A stretch of 64,000 nucleotides of DNA. Source: a virus. Position numbers and translations under genes: made by a program. Below are positions 56,667 through 64,000 of the stretch, one piece after another. Location: the IMG/VR virus record IMGVR_UViG_3300045988_121005. The stretch is one strand, 5' to 3'. A model generated the notes under the pieces. It did not search any database. It was not told the DNA's origin and saw nothing but the letters and a program-made list of their open reading frames with translations. Positions within the stretch are counted from its first letter, which is position 1, and each line of letters opens with the position of its first letter.

Positions 56667-57614
56667 TTAAAATGGAAGGTCATCTTCTTCCATGGGAGGG
56701 AAGTTCGGCATCTGTGCTTGCGGCTGTGGCTGCGTCTGATGCTGAGGCTTGGTGCTCCTTGTGGTAGGTGCCGGGGCCGGGGCAGCAGGCTGAGCCGGTG
56801 CCTGATACTGTGCTGGCTGTTGAGCAGGCTGTTGGTAATTCTGATACGGAATAGCACTCGGAACAGACTGAGGTTGTTGAACCTGTTGTGTTGCAGCCGG
56901 ATGCTGGGTATAAGTCTGAGGAGTTGCCGGCTCTTGCTGAGTATTTCCCCCTAACCCTAATTTAGCCATTATACCATCTCTGATATCTTTAATAGAAGCA
57001 TTGAACCTGTTTGAATATTCAGTAATCTTCTGATAAGTAAAGTTGTTTTGAGCTGAATAATCGAGGCTTTTCTTGCCATCAAATCCTGTAACTTCAACAG
57101 GGTCAGGCCAACCATTTACGCCTTTTTTATAAAAACGTTCAACAAGCTGATCTTCTTCTCCGTCTACTCCGGCATATGCGATAATAAGCTCCGAAGATCC
57201 AAACTCGTCATCTTTCTTCTTCTTAAAGACATTGAAATAAATTTCACGACTGAAATCGATATTTTCGTAGTATTTTACGAAGCTCTTAACAAAGCCCTTG
57301 ATATTTCCTTTTTGATTTACGAGAGGTATGGAAATACAATAGTTTTCATTAAGCTCGTAATCTTTCAACACGATAAGGAAATTAGTAGCAGTATTTCCAT
57401 TAGAGAAAGTACTTGTCTTTAACCCGATGTAGTTGATGTACCCAACTATTCCATTATAATACTCTTTCCAGTATCCTGCTGGCTGACCATTATTAGGATT
57501 TATGTGCTGAACGAAACCTTCTTTCGGTTCGTTACTTTTTTCATACAAGTTACCATCCGAATTAATATACAGATAATAAGTTGTACCAAAACTTCTGTTT
57601 TCTCTAAAAGCCAT
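56667..57614 (-). CDS. ssb: Single-stranded DNA-binding protein.
   Basis: Long Gln/Pro-rich linker with the acidic C-terminal tail MEEDDLPF (SSB DDDIPF-type). Confidence 0.5.
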   Translation of the reverse strand: MAFRENRSFGTTYYLYINSDGNLYEKSNEPKEGFVQHINPNNGQPAGYWKEYYNGIVGYINYIGLKTSTFSNGNTATNFLIVLKDYELNENYCISIPLVNQKGNIKGFVKSFVKYYENIDFSREIYFNVFKKKKDDEFGSSELIIAYAGVDGEEDQLVERFYKKGVNGWPDPVEVTGFDGKKSLDYSAQNNFTYQKITEYSNRFNASIKDIRDGIMAKLGLGGNTQQEPATPQTYTQHPAATQQVQQPQSVPSAIPYQNYQQPAQQPAQYQAPAQPAAPAPAPTTRSTKPQHQTQPQPQAQMPNFPPMEEDDLPF

Positions 57615-57627
57615 ATTTTTATTTTTT

Positions 57628-58737
57628 TTATAGATTATACAATGTTTGATTTAAGACGTATGTTGATTCGTATTTAGGATTGAACATCTTTATCATCTTA
57701 TACTGATCAGACCAATCCATAACAGTATCTCCTTTTATAAGAGATTTTACGGATGAAAGTATATTTTCCTTACTGATAGAAAAATTAAAACACGGACCTT
57801 CAAGCGCATTTAAAGGCATTGATTCCATTATCCTTTTTCTATTTCCAAAATCCTCAGACATTACCGTTATACCGTTTTCTTCATCTACCTTGACATTAAC
57901 AACATTATCCACTAAAGTCATAGAATTAAGAACAGACATAAACAAATCCCTGTCAAACTTAACCCTCGACGATTTCTCGAATTTGTTACATACGTATTCG
58001 TAGTTAGGATACTGTTGTTCTACGTTCATATCCGATATAATCACATTATCAAAACATAAAAACGTCCTAATACCATCTGTGGAAATACTGATCTCCGTAT
58101 CTTTATCAGATAGAAAGCGGTATAAGATGGAAGCCGCGACCTCGCTTAGCATAATTGACCTTTCTGCTACCGCATTAGCATACTCTTTCCTGTTTATAAA
58201 CAGACGGAACATGTCAGTAGAAACAATGTCAATATAGTCCTTCTTCACATTAAGGAGAATCGAGCATATAGCCGGTCTAAACTCATCCGATCCAACAAAC
58301 GCAAAAGATCTTTTCATAGACTGAATGAAAGACGAGCTCATAACACGAATACCGTCACCTACAGGATAAAAGAAATCAGGGAAAGCCTTATCCTCAATCC
58401 AAGTAGAAGAAAAAGATCCTCTATCGTATTTAAAAACGATACTGTAATCGTTTTTAATCTCTATCTCTATATCCTGGTTATGATTTTTAAAAAACGAAAT
58501 AAGAGTCCCGGCATCTACTAAAAGAGAAAACTTATGGTCACAAGAAATATCAGTATTCACATCGAAAATATCATCCGTATATGTTATACGTTCGTTCATG
58601 GCTTGTATCCGGATATGATCAAAATATAAAGTAATTTTTATATTCGATGTGACACAATCCTTTAAAACCTTATCAAACATCTTTGAAATGTTTGAAAGTT
58701 TCTCATTCATTAGTATGCCAGGAACTCTTACTTTCAT
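57628..58737 (-). CDS. Hypothetical protein (369 aa). Its size and context would fit a sliding clamp, but there is no motif support.
   Basis: ORF between the SSB and the resolvase. Confidence 0.5.
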   Translation of the reverse strand: MKVRVPGILMNEKLSNISKMFDKVLKDCVTSNIKITLYFDHIRIQAMNERITYTDDIFDVNTDISCDHKFSLLVDAGTLISFFKNHNQDIEIEIKNDYSIVFKYDRGSFSSTWIEDKAFPDFFYPVGDGIRVMSSSFIQSMKRSFAFVGSDEFRPAICSILLNVKKDYIDIVSTDMFRLFINRKEYANAVAERSIMLSEVAASILYRFLSDKDTEISISTDGIRTFLCFDNVIISDMNVEQQYPNYEYVCNKFEKSSRVKFDRDLFMSVLNSMTLVDNVVNVKVDEENGITVMSEDFGNRKRIMESMPLNALEGPCFNFSISKENILSSVKSLIKGDTVMDWSDQYKMIKMFNPKYESTYVLNQTLYNL

Positions 58738-58833
58738 TTTTTAAAACTTACGATTATGACTATCTAACACTGCAAATGTATTATTTTAAAATCTAATTAC
58801 GAATTAATTGGATTTAAAATGATTTAAAATAGA

Positions 58834-59367
58834 TTAAATGGTTCTTCTTGCTGCTTCTGCTATAAGCATCGCATCGACTATACCGTCATGGGCTGTCTTA
58901 CATCTTTCGTTTTTAACGAACGTATCGTTTGGCCACAGCCTTTTAGCGCAAGCCAATGACGTTTTCTTAGTATTTACCTTACTGGCTTCCATAACCTTAT
59001 CAGAATGCGTCCAAACCAATTTCTGCCATGTTTTAGGGGCTATGAAATTAACGGAGCAACTTATGTCCGTAAATGCCATGCAGAGGGAGAGGAACAGCCC
59101 ATGCAGTTGGCCTTTGTTCTCCATGAGGGAGGCTGTAGAGGACGTGCTGACCCCGTACAGTGCGTGGACGTCCTCTATGACAAATACTACCCTATCAGGA
59201 TTGTTTTCTACGATCGTATCTCGGCAAAAAACATATTCTTTAGTCAAGTCTACTGGTCCTGAAACTGATATTCTTGGAGTGGAGATTCTTGATATTAGTT
59301 TACTGTCCTGATCGATGCAGGCTATGGCTCCATCTTTTCCTGGATCTGCTGCTATATATAATACCAT
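58834..59367 (-). CDS. RuvC-like Holliday-junction resolvase.
   Basis: LYIAADPGKDGAIACID (Asp motif), FVIEDVH (Glu) and C-terminal HDGIVDAMLIAEAARR. Confidence 0.6.
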   Translation of the reverse strand: MVLYIAADPGKDGAIACIDQDSKLISRISTPRISVSGPVDLTKEYVFCRDTIVENNPDRVVFVIEDVHALYGVSTSSTASLMENKGQLHGLFLSLCMAFTDISCSVNFIAPKTWQKLVWTHSDKVMEASKVNTKKTSLACAKRLWPNDTFVKNERCKTAHDGIVDAMLIAEAARRTI

Positions 59368-59373
59368 AATATA

Positions 59374-59808
59374 TCAATTTAGATTCATGTCAATTTTGAC
59401 AATGCCGTCATCATTGTCAAAACCGCCATTGTCTGTAAGTTCGTAATCAATAGCCACAGCACCGTTACCAAGAATGTAAAATCCTTTAAACATCTTTCCT
59501 ATCTCAATAGGATACACGACATTTACGTCCCTTCCAATATCCTCAAACGGCATAGAGATATCTTCTGTTTCAGCTTCTTTTTGTTTTGCTAATACACCAA
59601 CGGGTATATTTTTACCTTTTATAGATGCGTATGTAACCATATACAGAACATCGTTATTAACAAACGCCCTATCACTACTCACCTTATCCAAGCTGACATA
59701 TATAATGTGTTTTATAAAACTATCGATATCTCCACATATGTTAATAGCTTCTACTTCTTTAGGAATAACGACTTCCACTTCTTCTGGTTTTATATTTTTA
59801 TTTTTCAT
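59374..59808 (-). CDS. Hypothetical protein (144 aa).
   Basis: ORF. Confidence 0.5.
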   Translation of the reverse strand: MKNKNIKPEEVEVVIPKEVEAINICGDIDSFIKHIIYVSLDKVSSDRAFVNNDVLYMVTYASIKGKNIPVGVLAKQKEAETEDISMPFEDIGRDVNVVYPIEIGKMFKGFYILGNGAVAIDYELTDNGGFDNDDGIVKIDMNLN

Positions 59809-60053
59809 TGCATTAACCTTTTTGTATTTTGTTTTACTTCTTCAACAAGATCCTGATCTTTCATCATCTCTTGCTTAAGTTCCTCATTCTCCTTAATTCT
59901 TTTCACCCTATCGGCAAGAATCTTTTTGTATTTCTTATCCGATATTTTAATAAACCAAGGACAGTTCCTTGATGGAATCCTTTTACATGGATAGTCAGTG
60001 AGACCGTTCGGTCCAAACTGCTCGCATCGGTTACATTTCTCTTCGCCCGTCAT
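59805..60053 (-). CDS. Hypothetical zinc-finger small protein.
   Basis: CNRCEQ...C cysteines. Confidence 0.45.
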   Translation of the reverse strand: MTGEEKCNRCEQFGPNGLTDYPCKRIPSRNCPWFIKISDKKYKKILADRVKRIKENEELKQEMMKDQDLVEEVKQNTKRLMQ

Positions 60054-60058
60054 TGTAA

Positions 60059-60361
60059 TTATATTTTAGGGAAACATTCTTCCAGTTCTCTATAAGAGCA
60101 CTCTACTACAACAGAATCTCCTTTAGGGAGAAATACTAAAATAGAATCGATAGAAAAAACACTATCTACTTTTCTTACAAGTTGGCCATGCTTGTAAGAA
60201 GACATGACCAACCTAATTCCATACGTATCAGAATAAGAGCCTTTCCTACATGGAATTATGTTTTCAACAATATAATCAAAGCCTCCGATATTAACTTCAT
60301 CGCCGGCACTGATTTCCATAATAGGAATCATTTTGGCTCTTCTATCTATGCTTATTTTCAT
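60059..60361 (-). CDS. Hypothetical protein (100 aa).
   Basis: ORF. Confidence 0.45.
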   Translation of the reverse strand: MKISIDRRAKMIPIMEISAGDEVNIGGFDYIVENIIPCRKGSYSDTYGIRLVMSSYKHGQLVRKVDSVFSIDSILVFLPKGDSVVVECSYRELEECFPKI

Positions 60362-61230
60362 TTAGCTACTTCGAATTTTATTTGCTCCTTTGGTTCATAA
60401 TTCCATACCTCAAAATCATCAGCCACAAAATCATAAAATCCTTTCCCTTCCATACGAGACGAGATAGTAACCTGTGGAACCGGGCCGAATAGGGATCGAC
60501 GAAGGAGATCGTTTGCCTGCTCTTCGTGCCGGTCATATACGTGCATATCTTGAATGAAGTGCGTAAAAATAGCCGGCCTTAACCCGGCGTCGTGAGCGAA
60601 CATCATCATAAGTGCAGCGTACTGTGCTACATTCCATAGGCCGGCAACAATAGCATCCTGGCTGCGCTGGTAAAGAGTCATATATAACTCATCTCCTTTA
60701 ACAGATAAATTGACCTGAAACGCACATTCTTGAAGAGGTTTTAGTCCATTGGTTTCAGGATCGAACATAGATGCTACTATTCTTCTTGATGAACGATCAT
60801 TCTTGAGTGACCAAAGAATGAAGTCTGTTTGGTTAAGAAAACCGTAAAGACCATCATGGATGTCTATCATACCCTCTGGAGCTTTACCGGTACCCATATA
60901 AACATGTCTGTTCACCATATCTCCATAACATCCTTCTATCTTTCCATTATCATCAGCCCACTGATCCCATATATGAAGACCAAGATCTTTAATATCTACC
61001 GATCTTTTTTGAAAAATCCATAAAATTTCCTTTATGGCATTTTTTAGATTAGTGGGTCTAAGTGAACCAAGAGGAAATTCCCGACGAAGATCGTACTGGT
61101 TGCATACTTGCAGGATACGCTTCACCTTGACGCCTGTCCCATCACAGTAGACCGGTCGCTTTACCTCTTCCCATGGCTGGCTCATTATAAGAGCCAAATT
61201 GTCTTGAAATATTTTATCTACTCTTGACAT
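60358..61230 (-). CDS. thyA: Thymidylate synthase (ThyA-family) homologue. A dUMP hydroxymethylase cannot be excluded.
   Basis: ThyA-like blocks LWIFQ, DIWDQWADDNG and YQRS.D, catalytic-type Cys in ECAFQVNL, and Asn in GLWNVAQY. Confidence 0.8.
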   Translation of the reverse strand: MSRVDKIFQDNLALIMSQPWEEVKRPVYCDGTGVKVKRILQVCNQYDLRREFPLGSLRPTNLKNAIKEILWIFQKRSVDIKDLGLHIWDQWADDNGKIEGCYGDMVNRHVYMGTGKAPEGMIDIHDGLYGFLNQTDFILWSLKNDRSSRRIVASMFDPETNGLKPLQECAFQVNLSVKGDELYMTLYQRSQDAIVAGLWNVAQYAALMMMFAHDAGLRPAIFTHFIQDMHVYDRHEEQANDLLRRSLFGPVPQVTISSRMEGKGFYDFVADDFEVWNYEPKEQIKFEVAK

Positions 61231-61242
61231 GTTTATATTTTT

Positions 61243-61587
61243 TTAACCAACTACCATCCAGTCATCAGCCAACATATCTGATTGAGAAGCTAACCATCCA
61301 TTTACAATATTATCGTTAGCATCTTTCATGCACAGATAAGAACAGAATTTAATCATGTTGGTTTCTGTTATGTCATAATAGTCGTTTACGTATTTTTTAA
61401 ACGAATCAGGCAATGACTTTACTCTATTAACTATCATATCAGTAGACAACCAATCTTCCGGTCGCTGGAATACGAACATACCTTTACCATTCCATCCTGA
61501 ACGAGCAATTAACTTACCTTCTTTTACTGCCTCTAAAGCTTCTCCAAATTTCATAACTGTATTTTTTTTATAAATTAAACTCTTCAA
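61243..61587 (-). CDS. DUF2829 family protein (Tad2-like candidate anti-Thoeris signal sponge).
   Basis: MKFGEALEAVKEGKLIARSGWNGKGMFVF...DMLADDWMVV. Confidence 0.65.
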   Translation of the reverse strand: MKSLIYKKNTVMKFGEALEAVKEGKLIARSGWNGKGMFVFQRPEDWLSTDMIVNRVKSLPDSFKKYVNDYYDITETNMIKFCSYLCMKDANDNIVNGWLASQSDMLADDWMVVG

Positions 61588-62995
61588 AATCTATTTCAGA
61601 TCCGGTTGACAAATTGATCATTGACTTCTCAAGTTCTTCCATTGGAATAGGATCAACAATTCCATCGTTTGAAAGTGTTTTCTTGTAGAAGTCGTTTACC
61701 ACCGGATCGCTTGTTTTTATTGTCTTAGGAATAGGTTGACGAAGATACATTCCTTCAAGCGATTTTACTCTTGAAAGAGCTGTATATAACTGACCTGTTT
61801 CGAAAGAGTTGGATACGTCCATCATCGCTGCATCTAAAGTTAGGCCCTGGCATTTATGGATAGTTATGGAGTAACCGATTTTTATCGGATACTGAGTAAT
61901 AGATCCAATTACCTCAGACTCCACTTTATACCCGTTTCTGACGTATTTTACTTTATCGAACGAACACGGTGTAATAATAACCTTAGTATGTTCTTCATCT
62001 TTAGGACGATCAAGAACGACTTCGATCTCTCCATTCTTAATAGAAGACACAACGCCAAGAGAACCATTGACATACTCTCCTCCGTTTCTAGTGATCATAA
62101 CCCTGGAACCTTCTTTTATAAGAAGCGTCTTTTCAACAGGAGCTTCTTTAGGATAATCACCTTTTATAATAGCTTCGAATTTTCTTAATGATCCAGGAAC
62201 AGAATTTATTCTCATTTCATTAATGGCCGTAGCCTTAGCGTTGGTTGTAACGATCTCAACATACCCGGCACTATTTTCAGGCTGAATACATCTACTGTTT
62301 AACGTACTAAACACATCATCGTCCATCTGACCATCACGAACCTTATTAAGGATGCTGATAAATTTCTCATCTTTCTGACGATATATTTTTTCAAAAGACA
62401 CCATTTCCATACCAGAAGCCATAAGAGACTTCGAACTAAAGAAATAAGATGTATCGTATATTTCTCTAAAGAAATCTTCTTTGATTACAGGTGGTAACTG
62501 AAATAAGTCTCCTACCATAATAAGTTTCACGCCGCCAAACGGATCCTTGTCGCCTCTTGCACGACGAAGAATGTCCGCAACATTATCAAGAAGATCAGGT
62601 CGAACCATAGAAATCTCGTCTATGATAAGATATTTTATATTCTGTAAAATCTTTTCGGATTCTCCTCTGAACTTGTTTTCACAATTGTCCATAAACTTGC
62701 CATTCCTTATCTCTGGAATGTAAGGTTGCATACCGATTCTGAAAAAAGAATGAATGGTTTGGCCGCCTGCATTAACAGCAGCAATACCGGTAGGAGCGAC
62801 AACAACCGCATTTTTTAATACCGGTATAACACGTTTAAGGAAGTACGTTTTTCCTGTACCTCCTTTTCCCGTAATAAACAGCGGTTTAGGTGACTTACAA
62901 ATAGACTTAATAGCCTTTCCCTGGGCGACATTACCTTCGGACATAACTGAACGAAGAACGCATTCCATTAGTTTTTTGTTGTAACTTATAGCCAT
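61568..62995 (-). CDS. SF1 DNA helicase of the Dda/Pif1/RecD type.
   Basis: Walker A ITGKGGTGKTY, Walker B IIDEISMV and the GDLFQLPPV motif. Confidence 0.85.
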   Translation of the reverse strand: MAISYNKKLMECVLRSVMSEGNVAQGKAIKSICKSPKPLFITGKGGTGKTYFLKRVIPVLKNAVVVAPTGIAAVNAGGQTIHSFFRIGMQPYIPEIRNGKFMDNCENKFRGESEKILQNIKYLIIDEISMVRPDLLDNVADILRRARGDKDPFGGVKLIMVGDLFQLPPVIKEDFFREIYDTSYFFSSKSLMASGMEMVSFEKIYRQKDEKFISILNKVRDGQMDDDVFSTLNSRCIQPENSAGYVEIVTTNAKATAINEMRINSVPGSLRKFEAIIKGDYPKEAPVEKTLLIKEGSRVMITRNGGEYVNGSLGVVSSIKNGEIEVVLDRPKDEEHTKVIITPCSFDKVKYVRNGYKVESEVIGSITQYPIKIGYSITIHKCQGLTLDAAMMDVSNSFETGQLYTALSRVKSLEGMYLRQPIPKTIKTSDPVVNDFYKKTLSNDGIVDPIPMEELEKSMINLSTGSEIDFEEFNL

Positions 62996-63251
62996 ATTTT
63001 TCTGATTTTGTTCTACAAAACAAAAGTATGAAAATAAGATAAAACATAAAACATAAAATGAATTAATTAGAATTAAAAAGAAATAATAAATTAGATAAGT
63101 GGCTTTGTGGCAGACAGTAATGTAGTTTCGTATTGATACAGTTATGGCATAGTAGTGGCTAACGGGTGTTTCCGTCGGTGTTCTACGAGATTATCGTTTT
63201 TCGGCTCTGTCGGCGACTACTAAGAACAGACCCTCTCTCAAGTACCAATCA

Positions 63252-63944
63252 TTATAATGATGAATACTGAGATATAGGATAAATATAGGTATCATTATAG
63301 AGTGATAGTTCTTCAAATGGTATATCCTTGAATACAGATTCACCATCTAATTCTTTATCATTATCTACTGTTATACTAATATTAGGTAATGATTGGACAG
63401 ATATATCCATATTCCCTATCTTTTCCTTAAACTGTTCTGCCTTAACATACGTATAGATGTCTTCGCTTACCGATCCCACCGCTTTAGCCATCTCGCCGGC
63501 GAACTCAGCATACATATCCCGTACCTCATTAAAACCTGCCTTTTTGTCAGGAGCGGTATTGTTATAGGTTTTCATTCTCCTACTTACTCTACCGCAGACA
63601 CCGGCAACGGACGTCCCTACCTCAGCACAGCAGGCTTCCGCATCAGCCAGTCCTGCCTTTACTGTGGCTACCTTCTCCTTGCTCCATCCACTAACCTTGT
63701 CGTATGATTGTTTAAGACGGTTTAAGAACATGTCCATTCTGCGCTTCTTATCTTCTGCTATGATAGCGCGATAGTACTTTCTTACAATCTGGTTTTGTGT
63801 ACTTCGCTCATATCCGTCCCAGAAGTCTTTGTGCGCTTCTTTAGCCATAACAGAAGCCAATGATCTTGCTTCTTCTTCTTTTGTCTTTTTACGATCTATG
63901 CCAAGGATTTCCCCATCTTCGGAAACAACTTCTTCTGCATTCAA
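63252..63944 (-). CDS. Hypothetical protein (230 aa).
   Basis: ORF. Confidence 0.5.
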   Translation of the reverse strand: MNAEEVVSEDGEILGIDRKKTKEEEARSLASVMAKEAHKDFWDGYERSTQNQIVRKYYRAIIAEDKKRRMDMFLNRLKQSYDKVSGWSKEKVATVKAGLADAEACCAEVGTSVAGVCGRVSRRMKTYNNTAPDKKAGFNEVRDMYAEFAGEMAKAVGSVSEDIYTYVKAEQFKEKIGNMDISVQSLPNISITVDNDKELDGESVFKDIPFEELSLYNDTYIYPISQYSSL

Positions 63945-64000
63945 GAAACGTAGGATATGAGTGTTGTCTTTTAAGAAGAAATTGAAATCGTCTTTCTTAC

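Noticed and set aside
56642-56954. ORFs 56642..56857 and 56658..56954 with Arg/Leu-rich translations.
   Set aside because: They are alternative-frame or antisense readings of the Gln/Pro-rich SSB linker (CAG/CCG repeats).
57628-58737. Confident call of the 369-aa ORF as a beta sliding clamp.
   Set aside because: Only size and neighbourhood (SSB, resolvase) support it. No clamp motif was recognisable by eye, so it is kept as hypothetical.

Overview
This window reads as a stretch of a large AT-rich dsDNA bacteriophage genome. The evidence for a phage origin:
- ORFs are dense, short and translationally coupled (4-nt ATGA overlaps), almost all on the minus strand between about 12.1 and 63.9 kb. 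The exception is a plus-strand block (0.1-12.1 kb) that includes one giant 2140-aa ORF.
- There is a minus-strand cluster of four canonical tRNAs (Cys-GCA, Arg-CCT, Gln-TTG, Met-CAT). Three additional non-canonical tRNA-like elements share a GGTTCGATTCC T-arm.
- A recognisable DNA-metabolism and replication module is present: thymidylate-synthase homologue, dUTPase, SSB with an acidic DDLPF-type tail, DnaB-like helicase, DnaG-like primase, UvsW-like SF2 helicase, Dda/Pif1-like SF1 helicase, RuvC-like resolvase and two RecB-family PD-(D/E)XK nucleases (one Cas4-like).

The host is probably a Bacteroidetes species. This is an inference from TAnnTTTG-type -7 promoter boxes upstream of plus-strand genes, an LSSC lipobox lipoprotein and a DUF1566 domain. 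The overall architecture resembles crAss-like or other large virulent phages, but no structural genes were identified with confidence.

Noteworthy accessory content:
- Two DUF2829 (Tad2-like anti-Thoeris sponge) domains: one standalone, one fused to an unknown N-terminal domain.
- A translationally coupled operon encoding a 237-aa protein, an ACP-like protein, an NfeD-like membrane protein and an SPFH/flotillin-like protein.
- A tight four-gene operon containing a HAD phosphatase and a DHH-DHHA1 phosphoesterase.
- A small ABC-type ATPase next to a DUF1566 protein.
- A G10 homopolymer inside a CDS, suggesting phase variation.
- Two ORF-free regions with tandem repeats (27 bp x about 6.5 copies; 21 bp x 3), palindromes and a recurring TTGATAATCAGA motif, which may be origin or regulatory elements.
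- Several small paralogous protein families.

All functional calls rest on motif recognition by eye; no database search was possible.
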